Below are positions 32,426 to 45,632 of a stretch of 64,000 nucleotides of DNA, one piece after another. Location: NCBI RefSeq assembly GCF_009914755.1, contig NC_060926.1; one strand, 5' to 3'. The notes beneath the pieces are model-generated. The model did no database searches and had not been told where the DNA came from. It was given only the letters and a program-made list of their open reading frames with translations. The position numbers and the translations under genes were made by a program. Numbering within the stretch: the first letter of the stretch is position 1; every line of letters starts with the position of its first letter. The stretch is from the human T2T-CHM13v2.0 reference genome, Homo sapiens.

Positions 32426-32588
32426 GTATGTCCCGCCAGAACAAGCCAAAGTCGTGGCATCAGTTCATGCATCTATTTCAGGGTCCTCTGCCAGTAGCAC
32501 AAGCAGCACACCTGAGGTCAAACCACTGAAATCTCTTTTAGGGGATTCTGCACCAACACTGCACTTAAATAAGGGCACACCTAGTCAG
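32426..32588 (+). CDS. AGFG1: AGFG1 exon 4 (163 nt)
   Basis: ttttag|G TAT GTC CCG...AGT CAG|gtgagt; encodes YVPPEQAKVVASVHASISGSSASSTSSTPEVKPLKSLLGDSAPTLHLNKGTPSQ. Confidence 0.97.
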
Positions 32589-33424
32589 GTGAGTAGTCTT
32601 TGAATCTTTGTAGGGAATTCGACTTAAAGAGGGCTTGAGTATCAAGAATTTGAGAATTGTTTAAGACAGCAGCATAATCTTGTATGCCAGTAGCATTATG
32701 TTCCAATGGTTTGTTATACATTAAGAAATTGTTGGTTAAGTGGTTGAAATGTATATATACTTGTTCTTTTTGCTATTGCTAATATGAGTTTCTTTGACTT
32801 CTCTGCAACTTTGTAAAGGTGAGTTATACAGGAATGTTGCTATAGCTATATATATGTGTGTGTGTGTATACATGTATATATCATGTGTTATACAATTTGT
32901 AAAACATGAATCTATGGTGACCATCAGAGTTAGAATGTATAGTCTCTTTGATACACTTTTCTAGGAAGGGATTTCTTTAGTAGTAGAGTTTTCCCACATG
33001 TGTGATTGTGAAGCATGTTGATCATTGAAACACAAGGGACTTTGCATTATACCTTATTCTTAAAAATGAACAAAATGGAATATTTTCATAAGTTGCTACC
33101 TAAAGTTTGTCTTCTACACTTTATTATAGTTGATGGGGCTGTGACAGATCTGTTACTGTGTGGCATTGCAGCCTCTATCCTATACAAGAATGGTTCAGAG
33201 GCGTAGTACTGTGGATTAAATCCTGCCCTTTTTGATGACACATACTAAGACATTTAGATAAATTTCTCTGTTTTCACAAAAGATTGAGTGAAAAATGAGA
33301 AAGGTTAACTCAGCATACTGTAACTCTTCGTATGTATAAGTGTGTTTTAAGTTTGCAGATAGTTTTGTATAAAGATTTTGCAGATCCGACTGGAATATCT
33401 TTATAGTTAATATGTGGTTTGTAG

Positions 33425-33578
33425 TCCCCAGTTGTAGGTCGTTCTCAAGGGCAGCAGCAGGAGAAGAAGCAATTTGACCTTTTAAGTGATCTCGGCTCAG
33501 ACATCTTTGCTGCTCCAGCTCCTCAGTCAACAGCTACAGCCAATTTTGCTAACTTTGCACATTTCAACAGTCATGCAG
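33425..33578 (+). CDS. AGFG1: AGFG1 exon 5 (154 nt)
   Basis: tttgtag|TCC CCA GTT...CAT GCA G|gtaagt; encodes SPVVGRSQGQQQEKKQFDLLSDLGSDIFAAPAPQSTATANFANFAHFNSHA. Confidence 0.96.
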
Positions 33579-34850
33579 GTAAGTGTTTTTTCCCAACAGC
33601 TTTTGCTGGGGATGCATATAAAACACCAAGAAACATCAATTCTTTATCACACTTTGAGGATCAGTAAACATTTTTTGTTGAAAATGTTTTGTCACTTGTA
33701 ACTGTTGAGCTGTAATATGTAACCATATAATTGTGTTGCTTTTTAATCACAGAAGAGATTATATTTAATGTCGGTTGGCATGACCTCTTTCCGTGGAAAA
33801 ATGGGGAAAGGATGTAATGTCTATTTTTTATTCTTTATGAAATTGAAAATATTCAAAAGTAATTGGATACTCTAACGTTTATGTGCTAATCACTCATGGC
33901 TAATCTTGTTTCATTTGTCATTCCACTCACTGTCATATTATTTTGAAGCAAATTTTAGACATAGTATTAGTTTATCCTTAAATATTGTGTATATCAATCT
34001 ATAAAACATACTTTTTTTGTTAAATATAACCACATTAGTAGCATCATTCCCTAAATAATAGTAGTAATAATAATTCATTAGGATTCAAATGTTCATTATA
34101 GTTCAGATTTTTCCATACACATACATACGTACATATGTACATACATGCATATATACATACATACAGTTTGTTTGAATCAGATTTTCAACAAGGTCCACAG
34201 ACTGCAATTGTGAGACATGTCTCTTAGGTCTCTTAGTTCATAAGATTTTTCCTGTATTCCTTCTTTTTCCTCCTCTGTAATTAGTGAAGAAATTTGCTTA
34301 TTTGTCCTATACAGTTTTCAGTAGTCTGAATTAGTTGATTGCACCACTATGGTGCCCTGTAACAAGTTCCTATGTTCTATTTCTTGTTATTAGGTTGTTG
34401 GATCCAGAGACTTAATCAGTTACAGGTTCTTCCTATTAGGAGGATGGGTGGCTGGGGATATTCTTACTACTTGGGATTTAAGAGGCATGTAATTTTGGAT
34501 TGTGTTTTTATAATGTTAGCTCTTGGTGCTCAGTACCCGAGTCCATTGCATAAAAATAATGATGTTCTGAATTTATTCCTTCACTTATTAGCTGAAATAC
34601 TATTTAAAAATCTTTATCTGGTGGCATGATTTGTTTAGGAAAGTCAGAATACATGATTCTTTTCCATCAGATATCAGAATAATGAGTTGATTTCCTAGCA
34701 TTTTATAATGGTGACTTTTTTCTTTAGTATCATTATGACTTCATAGATTAAAACATTTGCTACATCTCAGTTTGCTGTCATTATTATCCTTAGTAGTACT
34801 CAAATTAGCCCACCTTAGGAGTAGGAACATTGTGAGGTTGGTTCCTATAG

Positions 34851-35507
<657 letters not shown>

Positions 35508-35769
35508 TAAAGATACTTTTTTGATAGAACTCTTGTGGTCTTTGAATGGCCTTTTCTCCCTTCCTTATTCTCAGATTTAACATATTTGTTACAAACATGT
35601 TTAATGCATGTCACCAGAAATTGGGATTTATGGAGTTTTATTTTGTTAACAAGCATGCAAACCTTGCAGAGGTACTTAGGTTAGGTAATATTTAAAAATT
35701 GATTATTGAAGTATAGATTTGGTCACTTGTATCTCTCCTTAATTGTAATAGCAATAGTCTGATAGGGAA

Positions 35770-35980
35770 GTGGCATAATGTAGTGAAAAGAACCTGGGCT
35801 TTGGAGTTGGGACAACCTGGGTTCAGATGCTGGCTTTCTTGCTTATTATCTGTGTAACTTTGGGCAAATTACCTAACATTTCTAAGTTTTCTATTCTATA
35901 AATTGTCTTTGATAAGTGGCAAGGTTCAAGTGAGATGATGCATTTAAGTGGTTTACCATCTAAAAGGTACAATAAACATT
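35770..35980 (+). mobile_element. MIR relic
   Basis: gtagtgaaaagaacctgggctttggag...cctgggttcaga...tgtgtaactttgggcaaattacctaac. Confidence 0.7.
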
Positions 35981-38900
35981 GTTTGTCTTCTCTCTTTTAT
36001 ACACACTTCATATATATGTACATACGTATACACATATACACTTATGTATGTATGTTTGTATGTTTACATGCATTTAAGAAAAAGGATCATACTTTATGAC
36101 AAGTTTTTATGCTGTTTTAATGTTTCAGTCTTAGTTAAGATTCCACAAATGGTTTAGATTCATTTCCTAACAGCTTGGTGATTTCTTGAGTCTTTACAGT
36201 TGCTTCTTTATGCTTAAACAGTGTAAAAGCATACATAGTATTTGTGTTGGAAATGCGTATGGAATCTATTTTGGATGCCAGTAAGCTGTGATGTTTATAT
36301 CATGGAAAGTTTACCAGTCTGCATTTTGAGTGATTAAATAAGTATCAAACCAAATGTAGAACATTAATTTAGGAATTTAGTCATTTTATAGCTTTATTTT
36401 GATAATTTAAAACTTTGCTTTATATTATTTTGGCACATGTGTATGAGGTATTGGCTAAAGCTTACTCTTTTATTTGTCATAGATTATGTAAGTTAAATTA
36501 TGGACAAGAAAAATTCAAGACTGTATCTTTGTAAAAGATGTATTTCACAATTTTATGAGCATAACAGAATCCAGTGGTGATAGAATGGACTTCCTGTTTG
36601 TATTTTAGAACTTACTTTGCCTTATTTTACTTACCTGTGAGATTGTGATGGTTTTTCGTTTTCTTTCAATTTGATGACCTGGCTTCTTTTTGGATAATGA
36701 TAATATGAAGTATATTATACATAATCACACTCCAAAATATGCTGTTTGGGATAGTTTGAAAAATTGTAGAAAAACTTCTCTCCAGCCACATTTCTTTCTA
36801 GCAAGCAATAAGGGAACCTTTTGTTTTAAATATTAATAAAAACATTTTCTAAGGACATGCTTTAGAAGGAAACTGGCGTAATTTTTATATGTCTCATTTG
36901 TGTATTTGCTTTAAAAAGGAGTCCTAGGATGACATGGATCTCTTTTTTCAGGAAAGGTTGTACTGAGAAGGATAAGAAATTTTGGGTTTCTTTTGCTTAA
37001 GTTGTTGGAGTTGTGGTAGATTTCCCTTCTCCTGTGTTACCTGAGCTGCAAAATCCCAGAAAACATGGAGAACCTCTTTCCCCGTAACCCTCCAGATAAG
37101 AAGCGATTTCCCCCATGACCAGATAAGGACCCCAACTCTCTTTTTTCACCTCTTGCGTTTGAGTGCTGGTAAAAAGAGTTGGTGGGAGAGCCAATAAATA
37201 GAGTAAAACTTGTGTAATTTATGAATATATTCTGGTTTTATCTCCATTTTAGGATTATTGAAATGTAATGCAAAATTACTGATAACCACCAAATTCTTTT
37301 GTAAATTTGCAACTTATTTCTTGTTCCCTTTGTTTTTCTCTCTTTAAATGCAGTTTGTGAGTCTTCACAGGTAATGTTGGACTTTTCTTTGTAGCCCTAT
37401 TGGCCAAAAATGGTTAGACAAGTCACTGCAACTCTACAGACTAATTTGTACCATGGTTGCACTAATACTTTCAACAGCTCCCTTAAAATGCACTTTGAAA
37501 ACAATAGCCATCATTTAATTGTAGGATATGCAGTAAAGGAAAAGAATCTTATATTTTGATCAGATTGATAGAAAGTGGTTAATCTTAACTGTTTTGTTCC
37601 TTGTCTGAAGAAAGAATGAAATAGCTACATGTAGGCTGTGAGTCAGGCTGCCTGAGAGGAGTTGTTTTTTAGTCTGAAGTTCTTAATTACAAATGACTGC
37701 TCAGATTACCTTTTTTTTCTTTACTTTATTTGACTTTTGGTTTCATTACAGGAGAATAAAATGTATATGTCTGTTACAAGAAGAAACTACTGAATTACTC
37801 ATTTATTTTTCCTTCTACTATGGTTGATACCATCTTTTGACGTTTTGCCTTGGAGTAGTTTTTAGTTAAAAACTAGGTCATGGTTTAACTGAAATGTCTT
37901 TTTCCAGAGCCTTTCCAAGCATTCAGAATCCTTAGTTTTCCATATATAGTTCAGAAAGTCATTGATTGCCAATTTCTTCTCATCCTGATATTCTTGTTAA
38001 TTTTAAAAAAAATGAGGTGAAAATTTTATCCTGAACAGTTTGATACGACTGATGGAACCATTAATGGCAAATGATAATTATTCACATATGCCAGTCTGGT
38101 TCATTAGCATTGTTTTGTAGGGAAACTTTTTCTTTTGTAGATAATTTAGTGTGACTTAAAAGCCAGAAGCCTTTAGTCTTCATGTGAGCATTCAGGCTGA
38201 GGTATAGTATTTGTGGATGTGTGTTGCTGGGTGGGGTCATTATTGGGTTCAGAAAAAGTCATCTTCTACAGAAAGACGCATGAAGCTAGAAATAAAATTC
38301 ACCTACTGAATTTGGTTATTTTGCCTGATGATAAACATCATATCCCAAAACCTGTGCACTGTAAACTGTAATTGATTTTTGTCACATTCTATACTGTAGG
38401 ATCTAAACCCAACTGCCTTGCAACTCAGGTAACACAAATGAGTAGTATAATGTTGTGTTTAAAGAACTATGGTGCCCTTTTTAAAGGGGATGTTCTAATC
38501 TGTTACCACATGGAAATAGGGGTTTAGGATACTAGATATATTGATTTTTTTTTTTTAATAAGAGAAGCTAGAAGTCTTTTTGTTTATTGTGAAGTGCCCT
38601 CTTTTTAAATGTTGGGAATTCATGGGAAATAATGTTAAATACTATACAGATGAAACAAAGCATATCTGTCAGATGAATTTGCTGAGGGCTGCTAGTTTGC
38701 GTCCTATGATCTATCTTCCTGTCTCATGAATATGTGTTTTTCTTTGAAGAGGAATGACAACTATTAGCAAGACTCAGGCTCATTAATTTGGGGTCTTAAG
38801 TTCCACACTAAGTTGACTCCTTTGTACTTTTTGAAATACGATTATTCAAGAAACAGCTTTACCATTGTGTTACATTCTGCTTAGCTTGGATTTCTTTGTA

Positions 38901-39728
38901 CAGAGATTGCCTGAGTGTCCAGACAGTAATTTTTGTATTACTGAATTTATTACTGTTGAATTTGCAAAGTTGTGTTTTCCAAAGTTTCATTCTGCAGCAC
39001 TTATAATCGATTGTTGAAGATAGTGAATAGATCAGTACCTAGAAGTAAAAATGGATACAAGTACTACAAAGTCCTGTCTTGCCTATTTAATAGGTATTCT
39101 ATTAATGTTTGGGGCTCTGAATTATATGCTATAATTTCTATGCTAGCATTCATTGTTTCTTAAATTTTAATGAGTTTAAAATTGCAGGCTTCTAATAGAA
39201 TATGAATATCTTCAATTTATTTGGTGATCTTGTCCTTTTTTTAAATTTTTATATATGACCATGGTGAGACATTTGTAAACTTAAAAAAAGCTCTATTAAT
39301 TAAACCATTTTTGTATTATTATTTTAACATAGTTGATTACCATTTTTAATCAGTGAATTTTTCCAGGATGTTTTCTACATCTTTGTCTGCTTTCCTATAA
39401 CTCAGTACTGTAACTCAGTACTCTGAAATAGTTTCCTTTGTTAATAGAGTCACTTTTATAGTACTGTGCTTGAGGTCATATACAGAGTATTGTATCCAAA
39501 TTTATCATTGCACAAAGTGTTTTTGGAAATTCTTGGTTACTCCTTAGTAAATTACCTGTAATTGGGTTAAATGCTGGTAGGGTTTAAAATCTGATTGCTA
39601 AGTGAATTCTCTATAAAGTGAGTTTTGATACATAGAAACTTTTCATATAATTCTTAAACTCATGTGTCATGTATTTTCATTTATAGTTTTCATATTCATT
39701 AACATATGTTGTTCCTTACCATTTACAG

Positions 39729-39848
39729 CTCAGAATTCTGCAAATGCAGATTTTGCAAACTTTGATGCATTTGGACAGTCTAGTGGTTCGAGTAATTTTG
39801 GAGGTTTCCCCACAGCAAGTCACTCTCCTTTTCAGCCCCAAACTACAG
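39729..39848 (+). CDS. AGFG1: AGFG1 exon 6 (120 nt, symmetric phase 1, skippable in frame)
   Basis: atttacag|CT CAG AAT...ACT ACA G|gtagag; encodes AQNSANADFANFDAFGQSSGSSNFGGFPTASHSPFQPQTT (contained in ORF 39662..39925). Confidence 0.95.
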
Positions 39849-40131
39849 GTAGAGCTTCTCCAGCATTGTGCTTAAATGTTTACTTTACAAAACAAAACTC
39901 TCTAAATGTAGTTTTGAAAAATTAGTCTAAACTTAAATTCTGTAATTATCTGACTTTAAAATGGTTCTATCTTCAAAAGCTCTGGGGAAACCTGAACTCT
40001 TTATTTTTTTCTATGTTCATTTGTTTTTCTGCATTATTTGGTATATTGTCTGTTTGACAACATCCATTCTCCTCCTTTTCCTGCGCATGAATCTTCCTTA
40101 TATCTACCATGCACACAGGACAGAGGCATGA

Positions 40132-40377
<246 letters not shown>

Positions 40378-40775
40378 TAAGTTTTTTAAGGTTCATAGAA
40401 TCCATTGATTTAGGCTGACATTATACCTCTTAGTAAAGGAAGCTGGTTGCTTCTGTAGAGCTAAAAATGTAAGTAATTTTCGGGGCAACAAGCCTGAGAA
40501 AAATTTTTATATGTTTATTAGACAAGAGTAGATTAATGATCACTTCAGTCAAACTTGGAAATAGTTTTCTGTGCAGGAATTGGTGTTTAAACATTGAATA
40601 CTCTTTCCATAAATTGTGCTGTTTTCGTAAACTCATGGAACCCTTATTTAGATTTTTGGCTGATTACTTTTCTTTCAACTTTTAACTCTGTGTATTGTCT
40701 TAAAGCCTTTTCTTTCAATTTTCTTTTTTGTTTTTTCTTTAACTTTCATCATTTACATAATTTCTGGCTGTCCAG

Positions 40776-40847
40776 CATTTAGAATGCTTTCATCTAGCTG
40801 CAGTTTTGGTGAATTTACTTCAGCTTTTCCTCTTCAGGCTACCCACA
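40776..40847 (+). CDS. AGFG1: AGFG1 alternative cassette exon (72 nt, in frame)
   Basis: Long pyrimidine-rich upstream region, then tgtccag|CA TTT AGA ATG...ACC CAC A|gtaagt. Phase 1-1 with no stop; encodes AFRMLSSSCSFGEFTSAFPLQATH(S). 562+24-2 = 584 aa fits a recalled longer isoform. Confidence 0.85.
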
Positions 40848-42187
40848 GTAAGTTCTGTTGTCAAGTAGGCATCTTATACTAATTTGTATATTTTTGCTAT
40901 ACTTCAAGGGTTTTTCCAGTTATAGATTGTTAATAATTCTTTAGTGATAATCCTTCATAAAAATCTCTTCCAACTCTATTTATTAAACTCAGAGTTAGAG
41001 AACACAATAGTAGACAATCAAAGAGTTACTTGGTTTAATAATAATTTGAAATAATATTCTTTATATAAATTTTGAAAGTTTAGTATGTACTTTGTTTGCC
41101 AGCTCCTTGTAACAGGTCACAATATTTTACATACAAACATATATTACTTACCTTTAATTGAAACCACCATGATTTAACTCTTGAAAGAAATTTGATCAGT
41201 GTATATTTTTTTTAGAATGTATAAAAACCTGCTTGATAGAAAGTGTTCGTGTTTTTTTAATAGAAGTTCATGCATTCTGTTTTAAAATTATCTGTAGTTG
41301 TCTTTTCTATCACTTTAATATATAACTGTGTATATATACTGTTTTGATTTCTGAAACTAAAGTTTAGAAATAAAGAACTAATATCCCAAAAATGTAGGAT
41401 CAAAAGCATAGAATGAAATATACTGGTTTTAGTCTTTTGATAGTACTTTAAGGAGGTCTCTATAATAGAGAACAGATTTTAAAGATGGAACAGGATATAT
41501 ATAATAGTGGCCATTAGGTGAATTGTGGTTTATAAAGTCAAAAATTGCTATAATGTATTATGCACTGTAATTTTAATGCCTTGAACTATATGGTACGGCA
41601 TGATTTTACAGTGGACATCTTGATATTGTATACACATTAAACTATTATGTGGAATTAAATAGTAGCTCTTCAAGTGAAGTAAGTATAAATGTCAACGACC
41701 ATCTTTTAAGGAATTTTGGATCACCGTAACACATTTTACACATTGTTAATCGCTACCCCTGGGATTGTTTAAACTGTTTCGTCATGGAGCCACAAAAGTT
41801 TGAAATCCTCCTAGTAAGATACTTTGCATCTTGTTTGCAGTCTGTTCAGGGAGAACTAGTGAAAGGCTGTAGTATATTTGGACTAGAAAGTAACTGAATC
41901 TCAAACCAGGTAGTGTGGAGATACCCCCTCCATGAATTACATTCTTCATTCCAGGGTAGGTAATACACAGAAACATGTTACTTTACCTGTTGCTAAGGCC
42001 TTTGAAAAATCTACTTTTACAAAATTGGAAAACGTCACTTGTAGTCAAAAGCCATTGCCAGTCATTGATTTTAATGTTGTAAGATTGCTTATAGGACATT
42101 TAATTTAGGAAGAAATGATCATACAGTCTATGAGAGGGTACTAGGAAAAGCTTAGAAATTTCAAGTGCTCTGTTTATTCTGTTACAG

Positions 42188-42397
42188 GTGGAAGTGCTGC
42201 ATCAGTAAATGCTAATTTTGCTCATTTTGATAACTTCCCCAAATCCTCCAGTGCTGATTTTGGAACCTTCAATACTTCCCAGAGTCATCAAACAGCATCA
42301 GCTGTTAGTAAAGTTTCAACGAACAAAGCTGGTTTACAGACTGCAGACAAATATGCAGCACTTGCTAATTTAGACAATATCTTCAGTGCCGGGCAAG
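42188..42397 (+). CDS. AGFG1: AGFG1 exon 7 (210 nt)
   Basis: gttacag|GT GGA AGT...GGG CAA G|gtatca; encodes GGSAASVNANFAHFDNFPKSSSADFGTFN...DKYAALANLDNIFSAGQ. Confidence 0.96.
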
Positions 42398-43483
42398 GTA
42401 TCAAGCTTTAAGCAAAACAAATACAAATTTGTGTTAAACAGTGCTCTTAATTTGGTTGTATTTATTAAAATCTGAACATGCTACACTTTTCTCAGTTGTT
42501 GTATAGAAATTTTGTCTGCACTGTCATTTTGAGTAAAATGTTCACTTGACACATTTTAGACCTGAAATATCAACTACAAAACTGAAGACATAGGGACTGA
42601 TTTGTAAACTTTCAGTCTTACTAGTTGAGAAAAATTTTATTTTGTCCTAGAAGGCGTGCTTTACTTTTCTTTGGCTATAAAGAGCCAAGAAACCCCATTG
42701 GCAGAGCTGAATGGAGGATTATTTGGTGGTTTCTGTAATATATTTACTTCGAACAATTTTCCGTTAACATCTTGGTGGGTTTTTTATATTTAAAAAAAAA
42801 AATTCATGAATTTTACAGTATAGTCTTGTATCCAGTTTTATCTTAAGGCTAGTAGCCTCTACAAATGCATGTGGCACTGGTGAATAGCAGGTGTGTGTTG
42901 CTAAATGGAATTCTCCATTCTGATCTCTGGGCCTGTTTTCCTCCTCTCCAAAATGAGGATAATTCTAAGCATTAAACTCATGGAGTTGTGTTCTAAGTAT
43001 TATTGCATGTTAAGGCATATAGAACAGTGCCTAGCACATAGTAAGTCCTCAATAAATGTTTCCCGTTATTACCATCTCTAATTTTTTTGTGGAGAATGCT
43101 GGGGAAATGATGCTATTGATAGACTGTTCACATTAGGTCTAGCATTATATGAATTTATATGTTCATGTGAACAAGATCCACCCGTCTTGGAGATGTTAAC
43201 GTAAGAGCACTTGAGAGTTTCTTTCTTATGCATAATCCAGACAAATTTTTTTGGTACAGAGTGTTAATTTTTGTTAAGAGACATATTCTGTCTTTATCAC
43301 AGTGGTATGTATAACAACTAATCCTGTCCAGTATGGTCCAGGTTATTTATTAGATTAATGATTTGGAATCCTGCTTAACTCTAAATCCATTTTAAGTTTA
43401 CCCGTGTTTCATGGCAAATGTGGTTGATAAGTTGAAAGTGTAACTTTAAATTTTTGGTGTAACTTGATTTTGTTCGTTCCCAG

Positions 43484-43664
43484 GTGGTGATCAGGGAAGT
43501 GGCTTTGGGACCACAGGTAAAGCTCCTGTTGGTTCTGTGGTTTCAGTTCCCAGTCAGTCAAGTGCATCTTCAGACAAGTATGCAGCTCTGGCAGAACTAG
43601 ACAGCGTTTTCAGTTCTGCAGCCACCTCCAGTAATGCGTATACTTCCACAAGTAATGCTAGCAG
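43484..43664 (+). CDS. AGFG1: AGFG1 exon 8 (181 nt)
   Basis: ttcccag|GT GGT GAT...GCT AGC AG|gtacct; encodes GGDQGSGFGTTGKAPVGSVVSVPSQSSASSDKYAALAELDSVFSSAATSSNAYTSTSNAS. Confidence 0.96.
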
Positions 43665-44484
43665 GTACCTTGTCTTAGCTAGCCCTCCTGCTTTGTGTTT
43701 TATCTTTTTTTTCCAACTTTGAATAATCAATTAAAAAATGACTGTTTCAAGGTATAATTTTAAAATTCTTGGATATTTTTGTAAATTTGAGGAATTTGAA
43801 TTTAAATGCTAATTAAAATATAATCCTTGAATAATTGCCATAATTTTATCTTTTCATTGAATCAGACGTTTTGTTATGTTCTGTCCTTGAACACTAAACC
43901 GTATTTGAGAGCATGTACACATCTCAAAATGGACAGTTCCTTACAGATTGTACTCAGCAGAGAATCCATTTAGTAGTCAAATAATATACTTTAAAAATAG
44001 TTTTTAGTCATGATGATTAAACAGTGAAAGTCCCATATTATAGGCTTAGTTGTAAATACAGATTTTTAGAAGTGTTTGCACCAAAGCCCAAAATCAATTC
44101 TGTATCTCTTCAGTGTCATCCTCATATTTACAAATAAGCACATCTGCTGTTATGTTCATATATATCTGTTAGAATTCTTGGCAGTAGGAAGTCTAACACA
44201 TTTTAGGACATTACACTTGTAAAAAACTTTTCTAGTCTTTATTTTAGAGTTGCGGAAATAGTCTCAGAAATACAAGAGATTTACCTATAACAATGTTTTA
44301 TTCATCTCTGTTTTCCAATCCTGTGGATTGTATTTACTAATTTCTTTAGTTATCCTGGTAGCTTATTTTCCTTTAGCATCTTTTCTAGAAAGAAATGTTA
44401 GGATTGTAACACTTCCGGAAACATAAAGTCTGGAAACATACTTTATATATAATACATGATTTATTGATATTACATTACAGTACA

Positions 44485-45160
44485 TCAGGGGTTCACAAAC
44501 TGTGGTCCATGGAATGTTTGGGGTACCTGAGACCCTTTCATGGGGTCTGTGAGGTTAAAACTTTCTTTATAATAATTCTGAGAGATTGTTTACCTTTTCA
44601 TTAATTGATATTTGCATTGATGGTGTGAAAACAATGGCAAGTAAAACTTGCTGGTGTCTTTTTATTTTTTTTTAATACTTTAAGTTCTAGGGTACATGTG
44701 CACAACGTGCAGGTTTGTTACATAGGTATACATGTGCCATGTTGGTTTGCTGCACCCATCAACTCATCATTTACATTAGGTATTTCTCCTAATGCTATCC
44801 CTCCCCCAGCCCCCCACCCCCGACAGGCCCCCAAGTGTGATGTTTCCCACCCTGTGTCCATGTGTTGTTCTTGTTGTTCAACTCACACCTATGAGTGAAA
44901 ACATGCAGTGTTTGGTTTTCTGTCCTTGTGATATAGTTTGCTTAGAATAATGGTTTTTGCTGGTGTTTTAACATGAATATTAAGATAGTGGCACCAAACT
45001 GTACTAGTCGTTACAATAGTCATATTCCTTCCCACTACACATTCAGTTTTACTTGTATTTTTTATTTTTTTATGATGATTCTTAATGAAGCAGTAACAAT
45101 TGTTTATTTTATTACATCTTTACACTTAAATGTCTTAATTTTCTTTGTGTTGATACTGAT
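44485..45160. mobile_element. hAT-Charlie-type DNA transposon relic interrupted by the L1PA fragment
   Basis: caggggttcacaaactgtggtccatgg...gagaccctttca...gtaaaacttgctggtg / ...gtggcaccaaactgtactagt resembles the Charlie1 family. Confidence 0.5.
44660..44956 (-). mobile_element. 5'-truncated L1PA 3'-end insertion (about 300 bp)
   Basis: L1PA 3'UTR text (ttctagggtacatgtgcacaacgtgcaggtttg...); TSD ttgctggtgt at 44648 and 44957. Confidence 0.9.
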
Positions 45161-45263
45161 GCTGTGATACACGATATGTTCATTATTTTATGGCTACCCT
45201 GTAAATCGTTACTTTCTTTTTTTTTTAAGAAAAAAAATGAACTCTTTCAATATTTGTTCTCAG

Positions 45264-45343
45264 CAATGTTTTTGGAACAGTGCCAGTGGTTGCTTCTGCA
45301 CAGACACAGCCTGCTTCATCAAGTGTGCCTGCTCCATTTGGAG
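45264..45343 (+). CDS. AGFG1: AGFG1 exon 9 (80 nt)
   Basis: ttctcag|C AAT GTT TTT GGA...TTT GGA G|gtatgt; encodes NVFGTVPVVASAQTQPASSSVPAPFG. Confidence 0.96.
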
Positions 45344-45539
45344 GTATGTGCTTCTGGTATATACACTGGTTTTTACAAAGAACCCAAATATATATTGTGT
45401 AGCATTTTCTTAGGAGTCAAAGCAATGATTTGTTATCAGAATCCTTGAGTTTTCTGTCTTGATAAATATAGTGAAATAATTTAAATCTTAAATACAAAAT
45501 GTATTAGGATTTTATAGTGTATTTTATAATTTTTTAAAG

Positions 45540-45632
45540 CTACGCCTTCCACAAATCCATTTGTTGCTGCTGCTGGTCCTTCTGTGGCATCTTCTACAAA
45601 CCCATTTCAGACCAATGCCAGAGGAGCAACAG
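45540..45632 (+). CDS. AGFG1: AGFG1 exon 10 (93 nt), two NPF motifs
   Basis: ttttaaag|CT ACG CCT...GCA ACA G|gtaaga; encodes ATPSTNPFVAAAGPSVASSTNPFQTNARGAT. Confidence 0.96.

Noticed and set aside
43510-43522. Internal donor-like ACAG|GTAAAG in exon 8
   Set aside because: Use with exon 9 would frameshift; nothing in the sequence supports usage.
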